From positions 1-40,949 of the forward strand of contig CAZJDG010000004.1 of the NCBI GenBank assembly GCA_964544725.1: a DNA stretch of 40,949 nucleotides. The letters are read 5' to 3'. Made by a program: the position numbers and the translations under genes. The stretch is from Candidatus Woesearchaeota archaeon (GTDB lineage Archaea; Nanobdellota; Nanobdellia; Pacearchaeales; GW2011-AR1). This document shows, piece after piece, positions 1-8,426 of the stretch (position 1 is the stretch's first letter; each line of letters starts with the position of its first letter). The notes under the pieces were generated by a model, which ran no database searches, was not told where the DNA came from, and was given only the letters and a program-made list of their open reading frames with translations.

Positions 1-1458
1 TACCCATTTGAGATAATTTACATTGTCATCTGTAAGTCCTGTTGAGCCAGAAGAATTTGTATCTACAATCGTTTTATTAGCTTGGTCATAAATTTTTCCT
101 GCTGTCCAAGATATATTTATTCCTCCCTCATCTGTTACAGTGATAGCATCTAAAACCCCCCTATTAAGAGTGTCTTCAAAGATTTGATTGATTGTTTCTG
201 TTCCAAATCCAAAAGTAGTAGATGCTATATTTCCCTGATAAAGACCATTAACTGTTAAATCTCCTATAAAAGTAGAGGAAGCTTGTGCGATTATTCCACC
301 AGAACTATTAACTAAAAATTGGCTTCCAAGGGTTGTTCCTATTGTTAAAAGATGTGAAGGAGTTGATGTTCCGATACCAACATCGCCAGTAGCATCAATA
401 ACCATACTGAATGTATTATTTGTGTAAAAGAGTATGTCTGCGTTTTGGCGGTTAGTAAAAACAATATCATTATCACTACTTGACATACTTCCGAGATACC
501 AAAGCTGTGTATTTCCATTATAGGCACTATGTCCTGTAATAACTGAATTAGAAAATTCAACTGTGCCGCTACCAGTTACGTGAAACATACCACTTTGAAA
601 ACCGCCGATATTTCCTGCTGGCTTAGCACCTTTAACTTCTAATGGAGCGTTTGGAGAAGCTGTCCCAATCCCCACCTTATTATCGTTATAACTTATAACA
701 AAAGTATTGTTGTCTATATTTAAGTCTTCAGATAAAGCTCCTGTGGTATCACCTACTAACTTAATAAAAGCATCATCAACATCAAATTGAGTTCCGTTCA
801 AAGTTAAATTAGTTCCTCCAGTATAAGTAGTATCGTCATCTGTTTCACAAGCTAAATCATTTCCACTCAAATAATAATGGTTTCCAGACGCACAAGGAGT
901 TGAAAAATTTATTTTACTTTCTGAAATTTCATCAACAGAAATATCAGCGTCAGCATTCCACCAAGCATCTGTCACATCAAATTCAGTTCCGTCCCAAGTA
1001 AGATTAGTTCCTGCTGATTGAGAAAGCAAATATTGAGCAGAAGTAGTAGTCCAATCAGAAGTAATTAAATATCCAGCATCATTTATAAATAAAGAAACAT
1101 TATTTTGTGTCGCCCAATAAGACGCTGAAGTAGTTGTCCAATCAGAAGTAATAATATATCCCGAATCATTAACAAATAATGAAATATTACTTTGAGAAGC
1201 CCAATAGTCTTCAGTAGTTGTTGAAAATGGAGACGTTATAGTAATACTTCCTGAAGAAGTAGCGATTGTGATATTAGTTCCCGCAGTTAAATTAGCAGGA
1301 GTATAAACACCACTATCAGTTCCTATTAAAACTTGGCCACCTGTTGGGGCAGTGCCAGTCCCTGTGCCTCCCATATAAGGAAATATAGCGGCAAAAACCC
1401 CTAAAGCAACAAAGCTTAAAAGTGTAGATATTATTATAATTAGTTTTTTGTTTTTCAT
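1..1458 (-). CDS. Fibre-like virion/surface protein, N-terminal 486 codons of an ORF that continues past the left edge
   Basis: ATG at 1458..1456, one nt after the upstream stop, and open to position 1; absent from the track because it has no stop in the window. N-terminus MKNKKLIIIISTLLSFVALGVFAAIF looks like a signal peptide or anchor. Contains two 29-aa tandem repeats and repeated (V/K)GIGTxxPxxxL motifs typical of phage tail-fibre proteins. Confidence 0.7.
   Translation of the reverse strand, partial: MKNKKLIIIISTLLSFVALGVFAAIFPYMGGTGTGTAPTGGQVLIGTDSGVYTPANLTAGTNITIATSSGSITITSPFSTTTEDYWASQSNISLFVNDSGYIITSDWTTTSASYWATQNNVSLFINDAGYLITSDWTTTSAQYLLSQSAGTNLTWDGTEFDVTDAWWNADADISVDEISESKINFSTPCASGNHYYLSGNDLACETDDDTTYTGGTNLTLNGTQFDVDDAFIKLVGDTTGALSEDLNIDNNTFVISYNDNKVGIGTASPNAPLEVKGAKPAGNIGGFQSGMFHVTGSGTVEFSNSVITGHSAYNGNTQLWYLGSMSSSDNDIVFTNRQNADILFYTNNTFSMVIDATGDVGIGTSTPSHLLTIGTTLGSQFLVNSSGGIIAQASSTFIGDLTVNGLYQGNIASTTFGFGTETINQIFEDTLNRGVLDAITVTDEGGINISWTAGKIYDQANKTIVDTNSSGSTGLTDDNVNYLKWV
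1039..1212. repeat. Two tandem 87-nt (29-aa) repeats in the fibre-like gene
   Basis: EDYWASQSNISLFVNDSGYIITSDWTTTS / ASYWATQNNVSLFINDAGYLITSDWTTTS, followed by a partial third unit. Confidence 0.8.
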
Positions 1459-1459
1459 A

Positions 1460-1849
1460 TTAATAACGATAACTTGCTCTTGGTTTTGCTCCTGTTGGCG
1501 GAGCTGTAATTGTTGTAACCTCGTTTATTGATACAGAATAACCATTTGGTTCTGCGCTATCACGAATCAAGCTTACTCCTTCTATCTTGAAATCAAGAGA
1601 GGCTACGGGATTAGGAGTATGCGCTAACGTAAATACTTTAATTACTCCATTCGGTGTTTCAGATGGAGTCTCATTATCAGCAAAATTAAGAGCAATTGTA
1701 GCCTCAAGTTGCTTTATTTTATAATCGTGACTGTCTTCATCTTCAGAATTATCAATACCAACCTTCTTTTCGAGGTTATTCAAGTGCTTTGCTACAATTT
1801 TTGTAATATTATCTATTGCGTTTGTTAATTGTGTTGGAAAATCTGTCAT
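1460..1849 (-). CDS. Virion-module protein of unknown function (possible decoration or fibre-associated beta-sandwich protein)
   Basis: 129 aa between the capsid and fibre-like genes. C-terminal half (ETPNGVIKVFTLAHTPNPVASL...GYSV...TTITAPPTG) resembles a small domain common in phage structural proteins. Confidence 0.55.
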   Translation of the reverse strand: MTDFPTQLTNAIDNITKIVAKHLNNLEKKVGIDNSEDEDSHDYKIKQLEATIALNFADNETPSETPNGVIKVFTLAHTPNPVASLDFKIEGVSLIRDSAEPNGYSVSINEVTTITAPPTGAKPRASYRY

Positions 1850-1869
1850 ATAGTTGCTCTGCCTACCTA

Positions 1870-1906
1870 CTCCCTTGAATCTCTCGGTAGTGTGAGTTCA
1901 AAGGAG
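1870..1906 (-). promoter_or_regulatory. Hairpin downstream of the capsid gene
   Basis: 10-bp stem CUCCUUUGAA/UUCAAGGGAG with one G-U on the minus strand and a 17-nt loop. No U tract follows. Confidence 0.35.
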
Positions 1907-1953
1907 AAGACCAACTACAAGGAATATTGGCAAACAATCATTTCTAATCTTTA

Positions 1954-2973
1954 TCAGGTGGCTAATCCACCAATTTTATACCAGTAAGGTTCAGCAATAA
2001 GTTTCAATACAGTAGCTTCAACAATAAAGCTTGTTTTGGCAAATGTAGTATTAGGAACATCCATTTTTATCATAGGAATCAAGTCTTCCATCTCAACATA
2101 ATTTTCACCGGCAGGAGATTTCATTGAGCCTAAAATAGCCCAAGCACCCATATATCTGGAGACAATTATCTTAATTGTCGAGCCAGTAGCAGGTGAAACA
2201 ATCTCTGAAACCTTCAACTGAGCAGTAGCGGCTCCTTGGTCGCTGACGATGATTCTATGAATAGCACCACTCGCCTGCAACTCATCAGATAAAGCTCTGC
2301 TTTGTCGAGGACCGATAAATAAATGAGATGAAACTCCTCCTTTTTCAAACAATGTCTGGTCGTAAATACCAATACCTGAAGCAGTTAACAAGGAAGCAGA
2401 ACCACTATTAGTTGTGATTTGTTTTAACAAACCATCAAACGCATTAGCTTCAATCGAACTGTTTCCATTAATAATCAAGTATTCTTCACCAAGCATCACT
2501 TCTAAAGTCTTAATTCTTGTCAATTCATCTTCAACAGGAACGTGGTCTTTAGAGGCAGCAACGTGCAGTAAACCAACCTCTATCTTTCTACCCAATAATT
2601 TATATGCGGCTGTCGTCACAACATAAGTTTGAGTTGTCTCACCAGGCGAACCAGCATCAGCAAAAGAAATCACTGTCCCTGTGCCTCCTGTTCCTGGGTC
2701 TAAGTTTGAAGTTAGACGTTTCCAAGCAGTTGCTTGTCCACTACCTCCTTTTCTTGGCATTAAGCTTCGAATAGGAGTAGCAGTAGGAACAATTAACTTA
2801 ATAACAGGGTCAAGATTTTCTGCAACAAAAATAGAACGACTTGAAGGACTAAAAGTATAACTGGAAGCTGTCACTGCCGCTTTTCTAATCGCTTCTGCAA
2901 TTGAGGCTAAAGTGTTCTGCTCACCAAGTAAACCTTTCAAAAGCTCTGTATCAACTTTTAATTTGTTCATCAA
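1954..2973 (-). CDS. Major capsid protein (HK97-fold type)
   Basis: 339 aa immediately downstream of the protease/scaffold gene; size, position and sequence character fit HK97-like capsid proteins. The track start is TTG; an ATG lies one codon in at 2970. Confidence 0.75.
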   Translation of the reverse strand: MMNKLKVDTELLKGLLGEQNTLASIAEAIRKAAVTASSYTFSPSSRSIFVAENLDPVIKLIVPTATPIRSLMPRKGGSGQATAWKRLTSNLDPGTGGTGTVISFADAGSPGETTQTYVVTTAAYKLLGRKIEVGLLHVAASKDHVPVEDELTRIKTLEVMLGEEYLIINGNSSIEANAFDGLLKQITTNSGSASLLTASGIGIYDQTLFEKGGVSSHLFIGPRQSRALSDELQASGAIHRIIVSDQGAATAQLKVSEIVSPATGSTIKIIVSRYMGAWAILGSMKSPAGENYVEMEDLIPMIKMDVPNTTFAKTSFIVEATVLKLIAEPYWYKIGGLAT

Positions 2974-3016
2974 TTATTATTTATTTAATTTTCAAGACCT
3001 TTAACGAATTTTGTCC

Positions 3017-4570
3017 TTACGGATAAACAGCTTGATTCAATTCTCTCTGTTTCTCAGCAAGTTTCTTACCTAACTTTGCTAATTTGTCTTTCACTTCTTG
3101 CTCCTTTTGGGAGTTTGTTCCTCCAATCAATGTAAGTCCCTCTGAATGAACTTTATCAATATCTTCTGTTATTTTCTGTATTTCTTTCTTAATAGTGAGG
3201 ATGTCTTTAGGCTCGTCACCTCCCTCCCCACCTTTTTCAATTGTGAAAACAGTTTTAGGTCTTTGACCAACAGGTTTGTCTTCAAGTTCTTTAATTCGCT
3301 CTTTCAAAGAAGATACTTCTTTAATTATCTCCTTTGCTTTAGCTAAACCTGAAGCTTCAACCTTCTCGGATATTTCACCTAATTTCTGCTCTAACAATTT
3401 TCCTAAATCGTTGAAATTTTCAATTTTTCCAATCTTTTCAGCTTTTCCAGTATTCTCTCTTTTCGCTTCTACCCTAATTGCCGCCATTACATTCTCTAAA
3501 GCTTTCTCTACATACTTAATAACTTCTTTCGGTCTTTTGTTGTTTTCAAAAGCACTCTTTAACCATTTAAGATGACCAGCAACTTCACTTAATACAACAA
3601 CTTCAGAAACGTCTTTGTTTAAATCTGTCTTTTCTTCTCCTTCTTTTCCCTCTTCAGTCTCTTCGGTTTGTTCAGTTTCTTCAGTTTCTTTTGTTTCTTC
3701 AGCTCCCTTAGTTTCTTCAGTTTCTTCTGCATCTTTTTCTCCTTCTGTTTGTTCACTCTCTTTACTTTCCTCCTCTTTTCCCTCTTCTTTTTCTTCACTG
3801 TCTTCCTCTCCATCTTTCTTCTCTACATTAGGAACAGTCGATTGCTCCCGAGATTCTGTTCCAAACTCTTTATTCTCAACAGTATCCTTTTGTTCCTCCT
3901 TTTCTTTGCCTTCCTCAGGAGGAATCGTCTGGTCCTCAGAAGTCTTAGACTCTTCTGTTCGCTCTTCACTTTTTTTCTTCCCTTCTTCTGTTCCTTCAGA
4001 TTCTTTCTTTTTTCTACGAGCTTTTTCTGTTTTTGTTTCAATTTCTTCTTTCATAAAATTATCCATTGTTTTAACTAATGATTCGACCTTTTGTCCCTCA
4101 CCTAATAAGATTCGAGACTTATTAACTTCTATTAATCCATTTTTACCCCTTTTAATCATATCAAAAATTGCCTCAGGATTTGCCGGTCTATCAACAAGAC
4201 TAATCTCATTCAAAATCAATTCTTTAATTCTCTTGCCAATTTTCTTTAATACCATACCTCCAATAGAAAACCCTTTATAAACTTCTTCTATCACCTTTTC
4301 CCAAGCAACCTTATCAACAATTTTTGCTCCAATCCAAGTTCCTTTCTTGTCGTGCATAAATTCTTTTGTCACTCCTACGGCAGATGGCTGATGCATTTCA
4401 CGAATATTGGCAAACTTCATATAATCTTCCCAAGCTTCTCTAATAGCATTTTTATCTACTATCTCGCCCTGACTATCTTCCATTTCAGTAGAAACATACC
4501 CAAACACCATTTTCTTTTTCTTATCAATCTTTGAAAAAGGAATAAATATTTTTAATTCATTTTTATTCAT
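3017..4570 (-). CDS. Prohead serine protease (HK97/S78-type) fused to a long E/K-rich scaffold-like domain
   Basis: The N-terminal ~140 aa end in NEISLVDRPANPEA, the xSLVxxPAN signature of HK97-type prohead proteases. Residues ~165-320 are E/K/T/G low complexity and the C-terminus looks coiled-coil. ATGA overlap with the upstream gene. Confidence 0.75.
   Translation of the reverse strand: MNKNELKIFIPFSKIDKKKKMVFGYVSTEMEDSQGEIVDKNAIREAWEDYMKFANIREMHQPSAVGVTKEFMHDKKGTWIGAKIVDKVAWEKVIEEVYKGFSIGGMVLKKIGKRIKELILNEISLVDRPANPEAIFDMIKRGKNGLIEVNKSRILLGEGQKVESLVKTMDNFMKEEIETKTEKARRKKKESEGTEEGKKKSEERTEESKTSEDQTIPPEEGKEKEEQKDTVENKEFGTESREQSTVPNVEKKDGEEDSEEKEEGKEEESKESEQTEGEKDAEETEETKGAEETKETEETEQTEETEEGKEGEEKTDLNKDVSEVVVLSEVAGHLKWLKSAFENNKRPKEVIKYVEKALENVMAAIRVEAKRENTGKAEKIGKIENFNDLGKLLEQKLGEISEKVEASGLAKAKEIIKEVSSLKERIKELEDKPVGQRPKTVFTIEKGGEGGDEPKDILTIKKEIQKITEDIDKVHSEGLTLIGGTNSQKEQEVKDKLAKLGKKLAEKQRELNQAVYP
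3610..4075. repeat. Degenerate short tandem repeats encoding the E/K/T-rich scaffold linker
   Basis: Reiterated gtttcttca / ttcttc units on the plus strand. This is the source of all the spurious overlapping ORFs in the track here. Confidence 0.6.
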
Positions 4571-4812
4571 AAATTATAAAATTTCTTAAAGAATTTTTCT
4601 GTCTCCGACCAAGACAGAGCGTATTTCTTTTTTGGAGGTTTCCCTCCGTGAACTCTTCTCCATTGAGTATGACAAACTGCTACTCTTTGTTCTTGTTCAG
4701 GAAACTCCCTTTGCATTGCTTTATTACTCATACATCGAGAAATAAAATCTTTTTTTGATTCTCCTTTTCTCGGTTTTGGCAATGGTTTTTGTAAATCTTT
4801 TGTTTGTTCCAT
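4567..4812 (-). CDS. Small conserved head-module protein (FISRCM...FPEQEQRVAVCxxxW motif)
   Basis: 81 aa, ATGA-coupled to the protease gene. I recognise the motif from proteins in phage head modules; function unknown. Confidence 0.5.
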   Translation of the reverse strand: MEQTKDLQKPLPKPRKGESKKDFISRCMSNKAMQREFPEQEQRVAVCHTQWRRVHGGKPPKKKYALSWSETEKFFKKFYNL

Positions 4813-4814
4813 AT

Positions 4815-5393
4815 TTATTCACCTGCCCAACCACTTTGACCTTCAATGATTAATTTTTATTTCTATAATTTCTTGTTAGTTTATGACAGTCTTGACAAAG
4901 TGTTGTTTCATTATTTTTATCCCACAATTCTTTACAGGTCAAAGCACTCTGAACAGTTTTAATTTTGTTATCTCTAATAATTTTTGTAAGTCGTTTTATA
5001 TGATGAGCTTCTAAATCACCTTTACTCTTTTTATTACAAGTTTGACAAATCCATCTATCTCTCTGAAATACATCTGAACGCCATTGTTTATATTTAATCA
5101 AACCTCTAATTTTATTTATCAAAGGAGTAATCCCACCTTTCCAATTTGGATTCTTTTTACCAATTCTCTGCCCTTTCCAAGTCTCACTCAATTTCTTTTT
5201 GTGTTTCTTTGACTTTTTCTTTCCTTTTGCTTTTTCACTTAATTTATCTTTCCATTTTTTAGAAAACTTCCTTCCCTTAAGAGCTTTTTTAATTCCTCTT
5301 CTATGACTTTTTGATAATTTTTTACCTTTATTCCAAGGTTTACATCCTTTTTTAAACATATTATTCACCTGTCCATCCTCCTTGATTAGTTAT
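4815..5393 (-). mobile_element. HNH endonuclease cassette bounded by a duplicated copy of the MuF gene 3' end
   Basis: 5361..5393 encodes IITNQGGWTGE-stop. 4815..4847, in the gap just after the HNH stop, encodes IEGQSGWAGE-stop. About 24 of 29 nt are identical, including GGTGAATAA before each following ATG. Confidence 0.55.
4850..5368 (-). CDS. HNH homing endonuclease with basic NUMOD-like N-terminal repeats
   Basis: C-terminus NWKGG...WRSDVFQRDRWICQTC...LEAHHI...TLCQDCH is an HNH signature, and the N-terminus has repeated GKKxSxxHKxK units. Probable ATG at 5359 (track start is GTG at 5368). Confidence 0.85.
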   Translation of the reverse strand: MNNMFKKGCKPWNKGKKLSKSHRRGIKKALKGRKFSKKWKDKLSEKAKGKKKSKKHKKKLSETWKGQRIGKKNPNWKGGITPLINKIRGLIKYKQWRSDVFQRDRWICQTCNKKSKGDLEAHHIKRLTKIIRDNKIKTVQSALTCKELWDKNNETTLCQDCHKLTRNYRNKN

Positions 5394-6209
5394 AATTAAT
5401 GGCACATCGAATTCAAGTAAACATTTACAATTTGCGTGGGCAGGAGGTCTTAAATTCCCTGAGTTAAAAGAAGCGCTTATACCCACTAAACCATCTTGCT
5501 CATTCGCTTCACATATCGGACAAATATTCATTCCTGCTGTCCTCCACCTTTTACCAGTCGCTTGATTTCTAATAGCAGTCTCAAATTCCATTCTATTAAC
5601 AATATCAGCGCTTTCTGTTCTGGCGACCTTTTCCGCCCTGTGCTTATATGTAACGGAAATCTTTTCTCTTATATTATTAGCAATCTCAATATCTTTTAAT
5701 TTTTCTTTTTTACCATTTATGATTTGATTCGCCAACCATGCTTTGGTTGTAATATCAACACCATTAATCAATAAATCTGTTTTCTTCCCTAATCCCTCAA
5801 TAACACCAATATCTTTTAAATCAAATTCTCCTTTTATTTTTGCTTTATCTAAAAATGCTTGACCCCCTTTATTCGCTAACCAAATGAAGAAACTCATCCA
5901 AACAATCATTGGCAGAAAATCAAATAAAGATTTAAACTTTTTATCAACTTCATCTCTTATTTGTATTTCATCTGTTTCTGTCCAAATTTCCTCATCTTGT
6001 TTGCCAATCCTGCTTCTAATATTTTCCCAAACGTCAGTCTTTAAAAATTGCAAGGTCTGAATTAAGAAAGATTGATAAATCTCTCTTTCCATTTCCTTAA
6101 ATCTCTTACTCCTCTCAATACTCCATAATATATAATTCCTTCTTCCAACGTCAACCAACTTGTTTAAAAAATCATCTATTTGCTTTTTAAGTGTTAGTAG
6201 GGATTTCAT
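5361..6209 (-). CDS. Phage Mu F-like / SPP1 gp7-like minor head protein
   Basis: ARTESADIVN...RWRTAGMNICPICEANEQDG...PPAHANCKC matches the Mu F head-morphogenesis domain. Lies directly after the portal gene. Confidence 0.85.
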   Translation of the reverse strand: MKSLLTLKKQIDDFLNKLVDVGRRNYILWSIERSKRFKEMEREIYQSFLIQTLQFLKTDVWENIRSRIGKQDEEIWTETDEIQIRDEVDKKFKSLFDFLPMIVWMSFFIWLANKGGQAFLDKAKIKGEFDLKDIGVIEGLGKKTDLLINGVDITTKAWLANQIINGKKEKLKDIEIANNIREKISVTYKHRAEKVARTESADIVNRMEFETAIRNQATGKRWRTAGMNICPICEANEQDGLVGISASFNSGNLRPPAHANCKCLLEFDVPLIITNQGGWTGE

Positions 6210-7815
6210 ATCTCTTCAAAGTATTACTGATATTCTCTTTCAACTTATGTGCTTCTTCGAAAATAAAGTTTTGCTTCGCTACACTTATCTGCTTATCAAA
6301 AATTTTCTTAACTTCTTTTTTTGTCTTAGCAAAACATAACTGAGCTTCAATTAATTTCTTTGTTCCTATACCAATTATTTCACTCTCAAAAGGACGAAAT
6401 TTCCTTTTTTCTTTAATATCGCTTAATGCTTTTCTTTTCCATTTATCTAATTCTTGAATCTCATTCTCATTGCCTTTTTCACTCTTAGGACTTAATAAAT
6501 CTTCAACCAATACAGGACCACTTGGAGTTTTAACGTAATGTCCTAATCCTATTGGTTCCATGTCATTTTGCATTCTAACTTCATCAACTGACACAACTCC
6601 TAAAGGTATTAATTTCTCAAACACTTCTGCATCTCTCAATTCATCCTTTTTATCTAAACTGTGCCATATAAACTCTAAATGCTTTAAACCAAAATCCTCT
6701 TGAATTATCTTGTTAAAAAATTCTTTTAATGTTTCAAGCATTGGTGTAAGTCCAAACTTCATAGCAACTTCTTGCTGAACCTTAGCAGTTGCCAATGGTA
6801 AATTTTCAGTAAATCCAATATCGTGAGGAGGAACATCAAACAAAGCACAAGTTTTTAAAAGAAGCCATTTCTCATATTCCAAAAATCTCATCTCTTCTGG
6901 CTTTTTTGTTGGAGTATAACCAACTCCTTTTCCACCAGGAATAATTCTAATTCTTTGCTGTTGTCTTGGAACACCTGCAATCATGCTGTCAAAATATGTT
7001 TGAAATTCCTGAATCTGCTTAGGAGTCCAAGTGTCAGGAACAGCTAAAAATCCTTCAGGTATATTTCCTTCAGTCAGCATACTTAAATTGTAAAGTTGAG
7101 AACGAAGAGCGGCATCAACTCCTAAAATTAAACATTCCATAGGAGACATTCCGTAAGGAGTATTAGACCTTGGATTCATCATTAAATACATCATTTCATC
7201 AACAGTAAATTCCGCTACTTTTCTTCCTTTAATCCATTGCTGAAAAGCATACTTAGGAGGTTCAGGAGTGCTTCCATCTTCCATAACTCTTAATCTAATT
7301 GTCGAAGCATCAACAGTAACTAATTTTATTATTTTTTTCGCTCCTGTTTTTTCTTTCCAGATTGAAGCGGCATCAAGAACTAATAAATCTTCAATTATTT
7401 CATTTATAAATTCTTTAAACCGAGCAAATCTTCCACCAGGAGCTTTTAAGAAATCTGTTATGGTTTTAATCTGAACTTTATATTTATCTGCTTTTTCAGA
7501 TTTATTGACTGGTTCAATCCACCAATCAACGCCCTCTACTTGTCTCTTTCTTCTATTAATACAAGCTCTTGCAATATCATACCTTTCAGATAAAGCACGT
7601 AAGGTTCCAAAATCAACTACTTTTTTCCATTGACGCATACTCGACCCAGTCAATTCTTGTGAGATACCAGAAGGCACAGCAAAATGCTGGGGACTGTTTG
7701 AAATTTTTTCTTGTTGAACCTTAATTATTTCGTCCTGGACTTCAAGCTTATCTTTAAAGGGCTTTAGTGCAGGTTCAACAAATCTTTTTTTAATAAAGTT
7801 ATCTATAAATGACAT
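6187..7815 (-). CDS. Portal protein
   Basis: 542 aa, followed by the MuF-like gene, protease and capsid gene; size and synteny are typical of portals. A sigma70-like promoter and a ~100-nt leader lie upstream. Confidence 0.8.
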   Translation of the reverse strand: MSFIDNFIKKRFVEPALKPFKDKLEVQDEIIKVQQEKISNSPQHFAVPSGISQELTGSSMRQWKKVVDFGTLRALSERYDIARACINRRKRQVEGVDWWIEPVNKSEKADKYKVQIKTITDFLKAPGGRFARFKEFINEIIEDLLVLDAASIWKEKTGAKKIIKLVTVDASTIRLRVMEDGSTPEPPKYAFQQWIKGRKVAEFTVDEMMYLMMNPRSNTPYGMSPMECLILGVDAALRSQLYNLSMLTEGNIPEGFLAVPDTWTPKQIQEFQTYFDSMIAGVPRQQQRIRIIPGGKGVGYTPTKKPEEMRFLEYEKWLLLKTCALFDVPPHDIGFTENLPLATAKVQQEVAMKFGLTPMLETLKEFFNKIIQEDFGLKHLEFIWHSLDKKDELRDAEVFEKLIPLGVVSVDEVRMQNDMEPIGLGHYVKTPSGPVLVEDLLSPKSEKGNENEIQELDKWKRKALSDIKEKRKFRPFESEIIGIGTKKLIEAQLCFAKTKKEVKKIFDKQISVAKQNFIFEEAHKLKENISNTLKRYEIPTNT

Positions 7816-7934
7816 AAAAAATAGCCCACTTTTTTACTAACACAAATCCAGCCTTTACAGACTTTTATGTTAGTAGAAAACTGAGCCGTCTAAGCAGTCT
7901 CACTCAAAGAGTGTCAGCGAATCTACTTATTTTA

Positions 7935-7964
7935 ATTTTACTAAATACAAAAGACTCTTGTCAA
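7935..7964 (-). promoter_or_regulatory. Sigma70-type promoter upstream of the portal gene (TTGACA-18-TAAAAT)
   Basis: Minus strand has TTGACA at 7964..7959, overlapping the stop of 7961..8212, and TAAAAT at 7940..7935. It leaves a leader of over 100 nt containing an 8-bp hairpin (tactaaca/tgttagta). Confidence 0.55.
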
Positions 7965-8212
7965 GTGTCTCTAATGACTAACCTATGAAAAACTAAAGCC
8001 ATAGAACTTCCACTAATAGTTGTCTTAACACCACATTTGCACTTTCCCTCTCTATATACTTGTTTAGTCACAATCAATTGTCTGTTCTTTGTTTCTAATT
8101 CTAAAAACCCTTCTTTGCTAATATGACCTAATAATCTATTACAAACTGGACATCTCCAAGCATTATTTTTTAACATCACAAATTCTGGAAACTCCATCAG
8201 AGCCTTTAACAA
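7961..8212 (-). CDS. Zinc-ribbon protein, unknown function
   Basis: CPVCN...CKCG cysteine pairs. Overlaps the upstream ORF; the real start is probably the internal MLKNNAW. Confidence 0.45.
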   Translation of the reverse strand: MLKALMEFPEFVMLKNNAWRCPVCNRLLGHISKEGFLELETKNRQLIVTKQVYREGKCKCGVKTTISGSSMALVFHRLVIRDT

Positions 8213-8426
8213 GAACTTTGTCTTTTGGTAATTTCCCTATTATTTTTTTATCGTGTTTTGAGAAATATAAGCTTTGAACAAATCTGCCATCGTGCCAACA
8301 AGCAACTGGTTTTCCACCCTCATATTCGATTTTTATTTGATAATCATAATGCTTATCACAAAATTCACAAATATTCTCATTTATCTTCTTTTCTTTTTTC
8401 GGTATTTTTTGTGGCATTTTTTGCAT
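8163..8426 (-). CDS. Small Cys-containing protein, unknown function
   Basis: 87 aa with a CEFC pair; overlaps the 3' end of the HNH gene. Confidence 0.45.
   Translation of the reverse strand: MQKMPQKIPKKEKKINENICEFCDKHYDYQIKIEYEGGKPVACWHDGRFVQSLYFSKHDKKIIGKLPKDKVLVKGSDGVSRICDVKK

Noticed and set aside
345-560. 71-aa minus-strand ORF listed in the track
   Set aside because: It is out of frame within the long open fibre-like ORF (1..1458), which has tail-fibre motifs. The sequence is hydrophobic with no recognisable features.
1-1458. Diversity-generating retroelement targeting the fibre-like gene
   Set aside because: No reverse transcriptase is present in the window and there is no template-repeat copy. 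The internal repeats are tandem protein repeats, not a VR/TR pair with adenine-specific differences.
3610-4075. Periodic short repeats that could suggest a CRISPR array or satellite
   Set aside because: The units are 9-12 nt, degenerate, contiguous and in frame within a coding region. There are no spacers and no repeat of CRISPR length.
3146-4534. Plus-strand ORFs (3146..3346, 3276..3575, 3615..4280, 3668..4078, 4352..4534) and alternative-frame minus ORFs (3619..3813, 3823..4041) within the protease-scaffold gene
   Set aside because: They are S/F/L-rich or K-rich low-complexity translations of the E/K-repeat region read antisense or out of frame. They lie entirely inside a gene with a recognisable protease domain.
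4850-5368. HNH gene residing in a group I intron or intein
   Set aside because: The flanking MuF-like and downstream genes are complete ORFs with their own stop and start. The duplication explains the junction without splicing.
8163-8212. Programmed -1 frameshift at the A-rich overlap (GTTAAAAAATAA) joining 8163..8426 and 7961..8212
   Set aside because: An ATG (MLKNNAW) sits within the overlap and gives ordinary stop-start coupling. No downstream stimulatory structure was seen.
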